From: Deltaproteobacteria bacterium
Lineage (GTDB): Bacteria; Desulfobacterota; DSM-4660; Desulfatiglandales; HGW-15
NCBI GenBank assembly: GCA_019310525.1
Contig: JAFDEE010000004.1
Location: 8,828-72,827, forward strand
Reading direction: 5' to 3'
Length of the DNA stretch: 64,000 nt
Shown here: positions 35,391-45,210 of the stretch, piece by piece
Position numbering within the stretch: the stretch's first letter is position 1
Layout: each line of letters starts with the position of its first letter
The notes under the pieces: generated by a model
The model's database searches: none
What the model was told of the DNA's origin: nothing
What the model saw: only the letters and a program-made list of their open reading frames with translations
Position numbers and translations under genes: made by a program

Positions 35391-35954
35391 ATGACCTCAA
35401 ATGCACGCATAAGACTGGACGAGCTCATAGGGCGAAAAAGACCGGCTATCCAAAGTGAATGGGCGGATCTGACCCTGGAAACTTATCCTTCCGATTCCAG
35501 GCGGTTTCTCAAGAAACAAAAAGACCCCTTTGCCAATCCGGTCGGAACGACCATCTCTAAAGAAATCGAGTATCTTCTTGAGGAGTTTCTTAAGGGTGGA
35601 GAGGAAGATCGGATCACTCCTATTCTGGACAGAATCATCCGGATCAGGGCCGTCCAGGACTTTACCCCTTCCCAGGCCGTCGCCTTTGTTTATCTTCTGA
35701 AAAAGATCATCCGCACCCATTTGGAAAAGGATATTCGCGAGTACCGTCTTTACGACGAACTGGCTGAGATCGAGGCCAGGATCGATCGGTTGGCCCTGCT
35801 GGCCTTTGACGTCTATATGAAGTGCCGCGAGAAGCTCTACGAGTTGAGGGCGAATCAGGCTTCCCAGCGGGTTTCAAGGCTTCTCCGGAAAACGGGCCTG
35901 ATCAGTGAGATTCCAAAATGGGGAGAGGAATCCCAGGACCATTGCGGCACATAG
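35391..35954 (+). CDS. dsrT: DsrT-like protein (RsbRD N-terminal domain family)
   Basis: 187-aa ORF immediately upstream of dsrM. Assigned mainly by position (dsrT precedes dsrMKJOP in many sulfate reducers) and general family resemblance. Confidence 0.5.
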   Translation: MTSNARIRLDELIGRKRPAIQSEWADLTLETYPSDSRRFLKKQKDPFANPVGTTISKEIEYLLEEFLKGGEEDRITPILDRIIRIRAVQDFTPSQAVAFVYLLKKIIRTHLEKDIREYRLYDELAEIEARIDRLALLAFDVYMKCREKLYELRANQASQRVSRLLRKTGLISEIPKWGEESQDHCGT

Positions 35955-35995
35955 TCGATCATCTCTGAGAAACCTTTGAGACGAGGTAGGATTCA

Positions 35996-37093
35996 ATGAA
36001 CATCATCATCAGCTTGCTCTTTTCAGTGGTGGCCGTCGTGATACTCGTCCTCATTCCCTGGGTTGGCGTGGGGGCTCTGGATTTACGCCTGCTGTTCGGG
36101 GTTATCGTACCTTATGCGGCCATCCTCACCTTTTTTGTGGGAATCATAATGCGGGTGGTGGGTTGGGCACGATCCCCTGTTCCCTTCAGGATTCCCACCA
36201 CAGCGGGCCAACAATGGAGCTTTCCCTGGATCAAGTCCAACCCCGTGGACAATCCGAGGAACACGAGGGGCGTGGTTCTCCGGATGGCTTTCGAGATTCT
36301 GCTGTTTCGATCCCTTTTCAGGAATACACGCCTCGAATTCAGGCAAGGGCCCAAGATCACCTATGAGTGGGAAAAGTGGCTTTGGCTGGCGGCTCTGGTC
36401 TTCCATTATTCCTTCCTCGTGATTTTCCTCCGGCACCTGCGTTTTTTCCTGGACCCGATTCCGGGATTTGTACATCTGCTTGAAAGTCTCGATGGTTTTC
36501 TCCAGATGGGAGTGGTTCCTCTCAGTGGGCTTGGTGTCCCCGGGGTCTACCTGACTGACATGTTGCTCCTTCTCGCCGTGACTTATCTCTTTCTAAGGAG
36601 GATCTACATTCCCCAGATGCGTTTCATTTCCCTTTCCGCCGACTATTTCCCTCTTTTCCTGATCCTGGCTCTCGGACTCACGGGGATCCTGATGCGGTAT
36701 TTTCTAAGGGTGGATCTTACCGCCGTGAAGGAACTGGCCATGGGCCTTGTCACCTTCAGGCCCAAGACCCCCGAGGGAATCGGTGTGATATTCTATATCC
36801 ACTTTTTCATGCTCTGTGTCCTGATCGCTTATTTCCCTTTCAGCAAGCTCGTGCACATGGCCGGCATCTTCTTGAGCCCCACGAGAAATCTCTCCAACAA
36901 CAGTCGGTTCGTCCGGCACGTCAATCCCTGGAATTATCCCGTCGAGGTGCATACTTATGAAGAATACGAGGAAGAGTTCAGGGATAAAATGATTGAGGCG
37001 GGCCTGCCCGTGGAGAAGATGCCCGAAACACCGGAAGAAGAGGCTGACTCAGCCGAAGAGGCCGGACCAAAAGAAGAAGCAGCAAAGGAGTAG
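35996..37093 (+). CDS. dsrM: DsrM, NarI-like dihaem b membrane subunit
   Basis: 365 aa with multiple TM helices (NarI-like) and an acidic C-terminal tail. First gene of the conserved dsrMKJOP order. Confidence 0.85.
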   Translation: MNIIISLLFSVVAVVILVLIPWVGVGALDLRLLFGVIVPYAAILTFFVGIIMRVVGWARSPVPFRIPTTAGQQWSFPWIKSNPVDNPRNTRGVVLRMAFEILLFRSLFRNTRLEFRQGPKITYEWEKWLWLAALVFHYSFLVIFLRHLRFFLDPIPGFVHLLESLDGFLQMGVVPLSGLGVPGVYLTDMLLLLAVTYLFLRRIYIPQMRFISLSADYFPLFLILALGLTGILMRYFLRVDLTAVKELAMGLVTFRPKTPEGIGVIFYIHFFMLCVLIAYFPFSKLVHMAGIFLSPTRNLSNNSRFVRHVNPWNYPVEVHTYEEYEEEFRDKMIEAGLPVEKMPETPEEEADSAEEAGPKEEAAKE

Positions 37094-37095
37094 AC

Positions 37096-38724
37096 ATGTC
37101 AGACGTCCCAAAACCGGAAGAACTCGCAAGGATAGACCATCGCCCTCCTGAATTGAAAGGGTGGATGGACATGCCCGTGGAGATCAAGCAGGGGATCGCT
37201 TGTTACGGTGGAAAGCCTCAGAATCTGGAATACGTCGGGCTTCCCAATCCCCGGGAATGGTCTCCGTTCGATGAGGACTGGAAACTGCCGGAAAACTGGA
37301 AGGAAATCTTCCTGGAAGGATTGAGAGAACGGCTGGAGCGTTTCAGGTCCCTGAAGGTCTTCATGGATATCTGTGTACGGTGCGGTGCCTGTGCGGACAA
37401 GTGCCACTTCTTCATCGGGGGCGGGGACCCCAAAAACATGCCGGTCCTCAGGGCGGAGCTCCTCCGCTCGATTTACCGCAGGGAGTATACGACTGCCGGC
37501 AAGATCCTCGGTCGTCTCGCGGGGGCGCGGGAAATAACCGTGGATGTCCTGAAGGAGCTCTGGTATTACTTTTTCCAGTGTACCGAGTGCCGCCGCTGTT
37601 CCCTTTTTTGCCCTTACGGAATCGACACGGCGGAAATCACCATCCTGGGAAGGGAGCTGCTGAATCTCCTGGGACTGAATATCGACTGGATTTCAGCACC
37701 AGTGGCCAACTGCTACCGGACGGGAAACCACCTGGGAATCCAGCCCCACGCATACAAGGACATGATTGAGTTCTTCGTGGACGATATCGAGGAGATCACG
37801 GGCGTGCGGGTGGAGCCCAGCTTCAACCGCAAGGGCGCCGAGATTCTCTTCATCACTCCTTCGGGAGACGTCTTCGCCGACCCCGGAACTTATACCTGCA
37901 TGGGTTATCTCATGCTGTTCCACTATCTCCAGGACCTCGGGCTGGATATAACCTGGAGCACCTTTGCCTCTGAAGGGGGAAACTTCGGTTACTTCACCTC
38001 CCATGAGATGGCCAAGAGGCTCAATGCCAAGATGTATGCCGAGGCCAAGCGTCTCGGGGTGAAATGGATCCTGGGCGGAGAGTGCGGGCACATGTGGAGG
38101 GTGATCAACCAGTATATGGATACCTTCAACGGCCCGGCGGATTTCCTGGAGGAACCCGTTTCTCCCATTACCGGCACGAAGTTCGAAAATGCCAAGAGTA
38201 CCAAGATGGTGCACATCGTGGAATTCACGGCGGACCTTATAAAGCATAACAAGCTGAAGCTGGATCCAAGCCGCAACGACAACATCGTCGTTACCTTCCA
38301 CGATTCCTGTAACCCTGCAAGGGGCATGGGGTTCTTAGAAGAACCCAGGTATGTCATCAAGAGTGTCTGCAATCATTTTTACGAGATGCCGGAAAACACT
38401 ATCCGGGAGCAGACCTTTTGCTGCGGCAGCGGGGCCGGATTGAACGCCGGGGAGGACATGGAGCTCCGAATGAGGGGAGGACTTCCGCGGGCAAACGCCG
38501 TCAAACATGTCCATGAAAAACACGGTGTGAACATGCTGGCCTGCATCTGTGCCATCGACCGGGCGGTATTTCCCCCGCTCATGGATTACTGGGTTCCAGG
38601 GGTGAACGTGACCGGTGTGCATGAGCTTGTCGGCAATGCCCTGATCCTTGACGGCGAGCAGGAGAGAACGACCAATTTACGCGGTGAACCACTCCCGGGT
38701 ATGGAGGAAGAAGAGGATGTATGA
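37096..38724 (+). CDS. dsrK: DsrK, HdrD-like catalytic Fe-S subunit
   Basis: 542 aa with two ferredoxin motifs (CVRCGACADKC, CTECRRCSLFCP) and CCG domains (FHDSCNP, FCCGSGAG). Confidence 0.9.
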   Translation: MSDVPKPEELARIDHRPPELKGWMDMPVEIKQGIACYGGKPQNLEYVGLPNPREWSPFDEDWKLPENWKEIFLEGLRERLERFRSLKVFMDICVRCGACADKCHFFIGGGDPKNMPVLRAELLRSIYRREYTTAGKILGRLAGAREITVDVLKELWYYFFQCTECRRCSLFCPYGIDTAEITILGRELLNLLGLNIDWISAPVANCYRTGNHLGIQPHAYKDMIEFFVDDIEEITGVRVEPSFNRKGAEILFITPSGDVFADPGTYTCMGYLMLFHYLQDLGLDITWSTFASEGGNFGYFTSHEMAKRLNAKMYAEAKRLGVKWILGGECGHMWRVINQYMDTFNGPADFLEEPVSPITGTKFENAKSTKMVHIVEFTADLIKHNKLKLDPSRNDNIVVTFHDSCNPARGMGFLEEPRYVIKSVCNHFYEMPENTIREQTFCCGSGAGLNAGEDMELRMRGGLPRANAVKHVHEKHGVNMLACICAIDRAVFPPLMDYWVPGVNVTGVHELVGNALILDGEQERTTNLRGEPLPGMEEEEDV

Positions 38725-39103
38725 CGGAGGCAAAATCATCACCGGTCTGATTATTGGGGTAGGGTTGCTGCTGCTTCCTTTCTGGTACAATGCCGGGAAG
38801 GCGGCCAAGGCACCGGATCCCCGACTGACGGAGAAAGCGAAGCAGGCGAAGATCTGCGTCGCGGAGACATCCTACATGAAGACCTCCCATATGCATCTGC
38901 TGGATCGCTGGAGGAACGAGGCGGTCCGCGATGGGGATCGGTATTATAAGACTGCGGGGGGCCAAGTTTATTACAAGAGCCTCCAGGATACCTGCATGGA
39001 GTGCCATTCCAATAAGAGCAAGTTTTGTGATCAATGTCACAATTTCATGGGGGTCAGCCCCTACTGCTGGGACTGCCATATAGCGCCCAAGGAGAATAAC
39101 TGA
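38717..39103 (+). CDS. dsrJ: DsrJ, periplasmic trihaem cytochrome c
   Basis: The start was set at ATG 38717 (MYDGGKII, TM anchor). Three CxxCH motifs: CMECH, CDQCH and CWDCH. Confidence 0.85.
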   Translation: MYDGGKIITGLIIGVGLLLLPFWYNAGKAAKAPDPRLTEKAKQAKICVAETSYMKTSHMHLLDRWRNEAVRDGDRYYKTAGGQVYYKSLQDTCMECHSNKSKFCDQCHNFMGVSPYCWDCHIAPKENN

Positions 39104-39903
39104 TGGGTATGGACAGAAGACAATTCCTCAAAGTAATGGGTCTCTCCACCGCCCTTGGGCTCGGGGGAAAGGCCGCCTGGGATTTCTTTGCACCTGGCCA
39201 GGCGGAGGCAGCTCTGAAGGAGGCTCCGCTTACCGAAGGCAAGAAATGGGGCATGGTCGTGGACATGAGCAAGATGACCGACCAGGTCCTGGACGAGTGT
39301 ATCGCGGCATGCCACAGGGAACACAATGTTCCTGACCTCGGGAACAGCAAGGAAGAAGTCAAGTGGATCTGGAAAGAGACCTATGAACATACCTTTCCGG
39401 AACAGGAGCACGAATACAGCGTCGAGAAATACAGGCACAAGAATTTTCTCCTGATATGCAACCACTGCACCAACCCCCCCTGCTGCCGGGTGTGTCCCAC
39501 CAAGGCGACATGGAAACGGGAAGACGGTATAGTGATGATGGATCAGCATCGCTGTATCGGTTGCCGTTTCTGTATGGCCGCCTGCCCTTTCGGTGCCAGG
39601 AGCTTCAACTGGGGGGATCCCAGAAAGGCCCCGAAGGAATTAAACCCGGATTTTCCCACTAACCCCCAATACCCGACCCGATCAAAGGGTGTGGTGGAGA
39701 AGTGCACCTTTTGCGCCGAAAGGCTAGCCAAAGGAAAACTGCCGGCCTGTGTGGAGGCCGCCAATCGTATGGGCCCGAATATCTTGACGTTCGGCGACCT
39801 GGACGATCCGGAGTCCGAAGTCCGAAAACTGCTCCGTTCCCATTACACCATTCGGAGAAAACCCGAACTTGGGACAGGCCCCAACGTCTATTATATTGTG
39901 TGA
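39103..39903 (+). CDS. dsrO: DsrO, periplasmic 4Fe-4S ferredoxin-like subunit with Tat signal
   Basis: 266 aa with an RRQFLK twin-arginine signal and multiple CxxCxxCxxxCP clusters. Confidence 0.85.
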   Translation: MGMDRRQFLKVMGLSTALGLGGKAAWDFFAPGQAEAALKEAPLTEGKKWGMVVDMSKMTDQVLDECIAACHREHNVPDLGNSKEEVKWIWKETYEHTFPEQEHEYSVEKYRHKNFLLICNHCTNPPCCRVCPTKATWKREDGIVMMDQHRCIGCRFCMAACPFGARSFNWGDPRKAPKELNPDFPTNPQYPTRSKGVVEKCTFCAERLAKGKLPACVEAANRMGPNILTFGDLDDPESEVRKLLRSHYTIRRKPELGTGPNVYYIV

Positions 39904-39910
39904 GGTGGTT

Positions 39911-41068
39911 ATGCTCGACAAAGCAATCAAGGGAAGTCAGGCATACTGGGGTTGGCTCATTGCCCTGGTCGTACTCATGGGAATAGGTTTCGCGTGTTAT
40001 CTCTACCAGTGGTTCGAGGGATTGCGGATCACCGGAATGAGCCGGGATGTTTCCTGGGGTTTTTATATCGGCCAGCTTACCTATTTCGTGGGGGTGGCCG
40101 CCTCGGGCGTAATGGTGGTTCTGCCCTATTACCTCCACGACTATAAGGCCTTCGGCCGGATCACCATCATGGGGGAATTCCTGGCCGTGGCGGCCATCGT
40201 CATGTGCGGCCTCTTCGTGATGGTGGATCTCGGGTATCTGCCCCGGATGCTCAACATCATGCTCTATCCCAACCCGAAGTCCATCCTTTTTTGGGACATG
40301 ATTGTTCTGAATGTCTATATGCTCCTCAATATCATCATCGGCTGGAATGTATTGAGTGCCGAACGAAAGGGCGTTCCCTATCAGAAATGGATTAAGGTCC
40401 TTATCTATATTTCTATTCCCTGGGCATTCAGCATCCATACCGTGACGGCTTTTCTCTATGCCGGGCTGCCGGGCCGACATTACTGGCTGACGGCCATCAT
40501 GGCGGCGCGTTTCCTGAGTTCCGCCTTCTGCTCGGGACCCGCCCTCCTGATCCTCTTATGCCTGATCGTGAAAAAGTTCACCAAGTTCGATCCTGGAAAG
40601 GAACAGATCCGGACCCTGGGCGGCATTGTCGCCTATGCCATGATCATCAACGTATTCTTCTTTTTCCTCGAGCTTTTCACCGCCTTTTACAGCCAAATCC
40701 CGGGACATATGCATCCCATCCAGTACCTTTTCGTCGGCCTGGAAGGCCATAACCGGCTGGCCCCGTGGATGTGGACCGCGGCCTTTTTCGCCCTGGTGGC
40801 TTTGATCCTTTTGATCGTCCCCGCGACCCGAAGGAGGCCCGATGTTCTGGCGGTGGCCTGTGTCGCGGTCATCATCTCCACCTGGATCGATAAGGGATTC
40901 GGCTTGGTGCCGGGAGGTTTTATCCCCAATCCTTTCGAAAGGGTCACCGAGTACTGGCCCACGGTGCCTGAGATCTTTATCTCAGTAGGAATCTGGGCCA
41001 CCGGTTTCTTTATCCTGACCGTGCTTTACAAGGTGGCCGTCTCCGTGAAGGAAGAGGTCGCAGCCTGA
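39911..41068 (+). CDS. dsrP: DsrP, NrfD/PsrC-like integral membrane subunit
   Basis: The start was set at ATG 39911 (MLDKAIKG). About 10 TM helices; last gene of the dsrMKJOP order. Confidence 0.85.
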   Translation: MLDKAIKGSQAYWGWLIALVVLMGIGFACYLYQWFEGLRITGMSRDVSWGFYIGQLTYFVGVAASGVMVVLPYYLHDYKAFGRITIMGEFLAVAAIVMCGLFVMVDLGYLPRMLNIMLYPNPKSILFWDMIVLNVYMLLNIIIGWNVLSAERKGVPYQKWIKVLIYISIPWAFSIHTVTAFLYAGLPGRHYWLTAIMAARFLSSAFCSGPALLILLCLIVKKFTKFDPGKEQIRTLGGIVAYAMIINVFFFFLELFTAFYSQIPGHMHPIQYLFVGLEGHNRLAPWMWTAAFFALVALILLIVPATRRRPDVLAVACVAVIISTWIDKGFGLVPGGFIPNPFERVTEYWPTVPEIFISVGIWATGFFILTVLYKVAVSVKEEVAA

Positions 41069-41211
41069 GGATTGGGTGGAAAAAAATGGTTGACACTAAC
41101 GATACCCCTTTGTTAAGGAAATTTCACCCTTGATTCAGAGAAGAGGGCGGCTTGGCCGCTCAAGGGTCAAAGCTTCAGAATTCATATTTTAATAAGAGGA
41201 GGGTATGCAAG

Positions 41212-41400
41212 ATGGGTTATCAAGTAACCGTTGATCATGACAAGTGTGAAGGGTGTGAGGAGTGCGTAGAGGTGTGCCCCGTGGACGTGTACGAGATGCA
41301 GGACGGAAAATCCGTGCCCGTGAACGCTGAAGAGTGCTTGGGCTGCGAGAGCTGTGTCGAGGTGTGTGACCAGGAGGCCATCACGGTAACAGAGGTCTAG
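41212..41400 (+). CDS. small 2x[4Fe-4S] ferredoxin
   Basis: 62 aa from ATG 41212 (RBS AGGAGG) with CEGCEECVEVCP and CLGCESCVEVC motifs. Confidence 0.8.
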   Translation: MGYQVTVDHDKCEGCEECVEVCPVDVYEMQDGKSVPVNAEECLGCESCVEVCDQEAITVTEV

Positions 41401-41451
41401 TCCCTCTGATATTAGCTGATTTTATTGCTGAAATTTTAAGGGTTTTCAGCC

Positions 41452-41490
41452 AAGAAGAAGCCGCTCCTTTCGGAGCGGCTTCTTCTTTTA
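41452..41490 (+). terminator. rho-independent terminator (GAAGAAGCCGCTCC-TTTC-GGAGCGGCTTCTTC-TTTT)
   Basis: Perfect 14-bp stem plus a T-run between the convergent ferredoxin and cytochrome c3 genes. Confidence 0.7.
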
Positions 41491-41508
41491 GGTATAGTTG
41501 AATGTTTC

Positions 41509-41919
41509 CTATTTTTTGGCGTGGCAGTCGTTGCACTTTTTGTAAGGAGCCTTTTTGCCCTGGGCTGCGACTTCCTTGTGGCAGGTCTTGCAATCTTTAT
41601 GAAAGGCGTTCATCAACTTGTCGACCTTTCCATTCTTTTTCTTGGGGTCATGACACTCCACACACTTCTTGACCGGGTCCCCTTCCTTCCACAGGTTTTT
41701 TCCGTCCTTGTAATCATGGTGACATTCCGTGCAGGCGATCTTGTAATCCTCGCTGTGTTTCTTATGGGTGAAAGTTACGGCACCTTTTCGGTCTTTCTTA
41801 TAACCCTGGTTTTCAATCTTTACGACATCAGGTGTATCCGCTGCAGTCAGCAATCCGGCTGCCATGAAGAGGATACCGACAATCACAGAAGCAAAGAGTG
41901 CAATCTTTCCCTTTCTCAT
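41509..41919 (-). CDS. periplasmic tetrahaem cytochrome c3
   Basis: The start was set at ATG 41919 (MRKGKIALFASVIVGILFMAAG, signal peptide). Four CxxCH motifs: CTECH, CVECH, CKTCH and CNDCH. Confidence 0.85.
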   Translation of the reverse strand: MRKGKIALFASVIVGILFMAAGLLTAADTPDVVKIENQGYKKDRKGAVTFTHKKHSEDYKIACTECHHDYKDGKNLWKEGDPVKKCVECHDPKKKNGKVDKLMNAFHKDCKTCHKEVAAQGKKAPYKKCNDCHAKK

Positions 41920-42044
41920 CGCCAATTTTCGACCTCCTGTTTCTCGATAGAGCTGGAACCTCATTTTTCCCCGACGATAGGGCTACTCCAAAAAGTAGTC
42001 AATCATCGGGGGATATGTCAAGCCTTAAAAGCCTGAGACCCCTG

Positions 42045-44078
42045 TCATGCTTGATCATAGTGGCTGAATTGCATGCTGAAGGTCCCTCGGCCTTGGGTCA
42101 CGGACCTGAGAGCGGTGGAGTATCCGAACATCTTGGAAAGAGGAACGCTGGCTGTGAGGACCTGGACCGGGCCCTTGGCTGTAATCTGTTCGATTTTACC
42201 TTGCCGGGCATTCAAGTCACCGATAACCTCCCCCACGAATTCTTCGGGCACGAGGATTTCGGTTTTCATTATGGGCTCCAGAAGGATTGGTTCCGCCTTT
42301 TCCATCGCCTTTTGAAAGGCCATGGTGGCTGCGACCCGGAAGGCCATCTCATCTGTGAAATTTTCGTGGATATGGACGTTCAAGAGGGCGGTTTCAACGT
42401 CCAGCACGGGGTATCCCAGCAAAGTTCCGCTCATGGCCGCCTCCTGGATTCCCTCCTGGATGGCCCTCAAGAATTCTTCGGTCAGATCGGGATTCTCGCA
42501 CCGGTCCACAAATCGGTTGCCCGTTCCCCTGGTAAGAGGCTTCAGAGCCAGCACTACGCCTGCAATGTGTTGTTGGCCAGCCAGTTCTTTCTGAAAGATC
42601 TCTTCGTGTTCCACATCCCGGGTGATGGTCTCCCTGTATACCACCTGGGGTTTCCCCTGGTTGGTTTCCACCTGGAATTCCCGCCTGATTCGCCCGACGA
42701 CGATGTCGAGGTGAAGTTCCCCCATTCCTGAAATGATGGTTTGGCCCGTTTCCTCGTCGATCCGGTACTTGAAAGTCGGGTCCTCGTCGGAAAGCTTCGC
42801 CAAGGCGTCCAAGAGTCTGTCTTGGTCTTGAATGCGTTTGGGCTCCAGGGCCACGCTGATGACCGGCTCGTTGAAGCTGATGTTTTCGAGAAGAATGGGG
42901 TGCTCCTCGGTCGTAAGGGTGTCCCCGGTGGTTGTGAGTTTCAGGCCCATGGTGGCGATGATATCGCCGGCAGACGCCTCATTGATCCGCTCCCTCTTGT
43001 TGGAATGCATCTTCAGCAGGCGCGCAAGCTTTTCCTTTACCTTTTTTCCGGGATTGTAAACCGTCTCTCCGGTTTTGAGGGTGCCGGAATAGATCCGGAT
43101 GTAGGTCATCTTTCTGCCCTGGTCCATCTGGACCTTGAAGGCCAGGGCCGATAAAGGACCCTTCCTGTCGGCGGCACGGGTCTCCCTCTTGTTGGTTCCC
43201 GGAACGATGCCGGTAATTGGCGGTATGTCCAGGGGTGAAGGAAGATAGTCGACGATGGCGTCCAGGAGCGGTTGGATGCCCTTGTTTCGAAGGGCGGCAC
43301 CGCAGAGGATGGGCACGGCCTTTAATCGAACGGTGGCTTCACGGATTGCCCGCTTCAGCTCATGATCTCCGATCTCCTGTTCCGAGAGATAGAGATCCAT
43401 GATGTGATCGTCTTTGTCGGCCAAGCTCTCGAGCAAGGCCTCCCTGTGTTCCCGGGCCTGGTCCCTGAGATCATCCGGAATGGGGATTTCTTTATATGCC
43501 GCCCCAAGGGTATCTTCTTCCCACAGAATGGCCTTCATCTTGATGAGATCAATGACCCCGGTGAAGGTGTCCTCGGAGCCCCAGGGCAACTGAAGGATCA
43601 TTGGATCCGCGCCGAGGCGTTCACGGATCATGTTCACCGCACGAAAGAAATCCGCTCCGATCCGGTCCATCTTGTTGATGAAGGCGATCTTGGGCACCCG
43701 GTAACGGTCGGCCTGGTGCCAAACCGTTTCGGACTGGGGTTCCACGCCTCCCACCGCACAGAAAACGCCGATGGCACCGTCCAGGACCCTCAGGGAGCGT
43801 TCCACCTCAATGGTAAAATCGACGTGTCCCGGGGTGTCGATGATGTTGATGCTCCGCCCGAGCCACTGACAGGAAGTCACGGCGGAGGTTATGGTGATCC
43901 CCCTTTCCCGTTCCTCCAGCATCCAGTCCATGGTGGCTTCGCCGTCATGGACCTCTCCCATTTTATGGACACGGCCCGTGTAAAACAGGATCCGCTCCGT
44001 TATGGTGGTCTTGCCCGCGTCGATGTGGGCGATGATGCCGATATTGCGGGTGTTGATGAGTTTTTTATCGGATGCCAT
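42045..44078 (-). CDS. elongation factor G paralogue (stand-alone, outside the str operon)
   Basis: The start was set at ATG 44078 ([25 protein letters not shown]). Motifs: [12 protein letters not shown] and EF-G domains II-V. Confidence 0.9.
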   Translation of the reverse strand: MASDKKLINTRNIGIIAHIDAGKTTITERILFYTGRVHKMGEVHDGEATMDWMLEERERGITITSAVTSCQWLGRSINIIDTPGHVDFTIEVERSLRVLDGAIGVFCAVGGVEPQSETVWHQADRYRVPKIAFINKMDRIGADFFRAVNMIRERLGADPMILQLPWGSEDTFTGVIDLIKMKAILWEEDTLGAAYKEIPIPDDLRDQAREHREALLESLADKDDHIMDLYLSEQEIGDHELKRAIREATVRLKAVPILCGAALRNKGIQPLLDAIVDYLPSPLDIPPITGIVPGTNKRETRAADRKGPLSALAFKVQMDQGRKMTYIRIYSGTLKTGETVYNPGKKVKEKLARLLKMHSNKRERINEASAGDIIATMGLKLTTTGDTLTTEEHPILLENISFNEPVISVALEPKRIQDQDRLLDALAKLSDEDPTFKYRIDEETGQTIISGMGELHLDIVVGRIRREFQVETNQGKPQVVYRETITRDVEHEEIFQKELAGQQHIAGVVLALKPLTRGTGNRFVDRCENPDLTEEFLRAIQEGIQEAAMSGTLLGYPVLDVETALLNVHIHENFTDEMAFRVAATMAFQKAMEKAEPILLEPIMKTEILVPEEFVGEVIGDLNARQGKIEQITAKGPVQVLTASVPLSKMFGYSTALRSVTQGRGTFSMQFSHYDQA

Positions 44079-44316
44079 GGCGAAATCACCGGTAGTGCCT
44101 TGGGGTGGTATCTTTATAAATGAATTGGCCTGCCGGCGGAGGTTGAGGTTTTCCACCCCGAAAGGCCTGCAAAGGCTCGCCAGTCTTGCGCTTGGCGTTT
44201 GACATGAAGGGTAAATCTAAGGTATCTTCCCTTCTCTGTCAAGCCAAATGGACGGCAGACCTGAGGGGGAGGGACCATTGAAGAGTCTTAGCGTTACAGG
44301 TCGGAGGCTTCGGAAG

Positions 44317-44952
44317 ATGTTTGATCTCCTCCTGGACCGTTTCGGCCCCCAGAAATGGTGGCCTGCTGAAAATGCACTGGAAATGATGGTGGGAGCCATT
44401 CTCACCCAGAATACCAACTGGAAAAATGTGGAACGGGCCATTGTCAACCTGAAAGGGCGGGGCCTGCTCACCCTGGATCGAATCTACTCCGTGCCCAACG
44501 AAGAATTGGCGGAAGTGATCCGGCCCGCCGGGTATTTCAATATCAAGGCGAAACGGCTCAAGAACCTCGTGACTTTCATCCTGGAGGAATATGACGGAGA
44601 TCTTGAGGCCTTCCTCACCGAAGAACCCGCCAAAATCCGGGCAGGGCTTCTTTCGGTAAGAGGCGTAGGACCTGAGACTGCCGACAGCATCATTCTCTAT
44701 GGGGCGGGGGCACCTGTTTTCGTTGTGGACGCCTATACCCACCGCATCCTTTCCCGCCACGGGATGATAGCCGAGGAGGCCGCCTACGACGAGATTCAGG
44801 CCCTGTTCATGGATCACCTCCCCGAGGATCCCCGGCTTTTCAACGAGTTTCACGCCCTGATCGTTAAGGTGGGAAAGGAATATTGCCGCAGGAAACCCCT
44901 TTGCCGGGATTGCCCGCTTGAAACCTGGGGCCCCCAGAGTCCCGGCAGGTGA
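44317..44952 (+). CDS. endonuclease III-like HhH-GPD domain protein
   Basis: The preferred start is ATG 44317 (MFDLLLDRFGPQKWWPA, RBS GGAGG); the longest ORF starts at 44248. Motifs: ILTQNTNW, VRGVGPETADSI and a C-terminal CRRKPLCRDCPL. Confidence 0.75.
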   Translation: MFDLLLDRFGPQKWWPAENALEMMVGAILTQNTNWKNVERAIVNLKGRGLLTLDRIYSVPNEELAEVIRPAGYFNIKAKRLKNLVTFILEEYDGDLEAFLTEEPAKIRAGLLSVRGVGPETADSIILYGAGAPVFVVDAYTHRILSRHGMIAEEAAYDEIQALFMDHLPEDPRLFNEFHALIVKVGKEYCRRKPLCRDCPLETWGPQSPGR

Positions 44953-45106
44953 CATCCCGTGCCCGGATCCGGGCCTTTCTCCATGAGATTTTGCGGGATT
45001 CCTGAACGATTCCGGGCCGTTGTGGGCCATGGAAAACCGCCTTCCTTCATTATTCCGGTTTCGAGGTCCTCCCGCCGGGCTGTGTAAGGGCCTTTGTACT
45101 CGTGTC

Positions 45107-45135
45107 TTGACAGAGCCCAAACAATTCAATATATA
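45107..45135 (+). promoter_or_regulatory. sigma70-type promoter (TTGACA-17-TATATA) for the molybdopterin oxidoreductase operon
   Basis: Hexamers read directly, about 75 nt upstream of ATG 45211. Confidence 0.45.
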
Positions 45136-45210
45136 GATAATCAATCTACGTAATATTTGGATCTGGAAGTGAATGAATCTCCAATAATGCCCTGTGCTAT
45201 GGAGGAGTAA

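Noticed and set aside
35042-35406. Small ORFs inside the repeats (35042..35278 and 35161..35406, plus 32407..32682 and 47918..48238), which give repeated peptides such as RPFQNAPFCPISA
   Set aside because: They are read-throughs of MITE sequence on either strand. Their similarity reflects the DNA repeat, not a conserved protein, and they have no RBS.
44953-45210. Possible Moco riboswitch ahead of the molybdoenzyme operon. A possible THF-type riboswitch in the hutU leader (48448-48765) was also considered.
   Set aside because: With the promoter at 45107-45135 the leader is only about 75 nt, and I could not find the conserved Moco motif helices. The hutU leader shows none of the THF riboswitch core sequences I remember. 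An Infernal scan would be needed to exclude either one formally.
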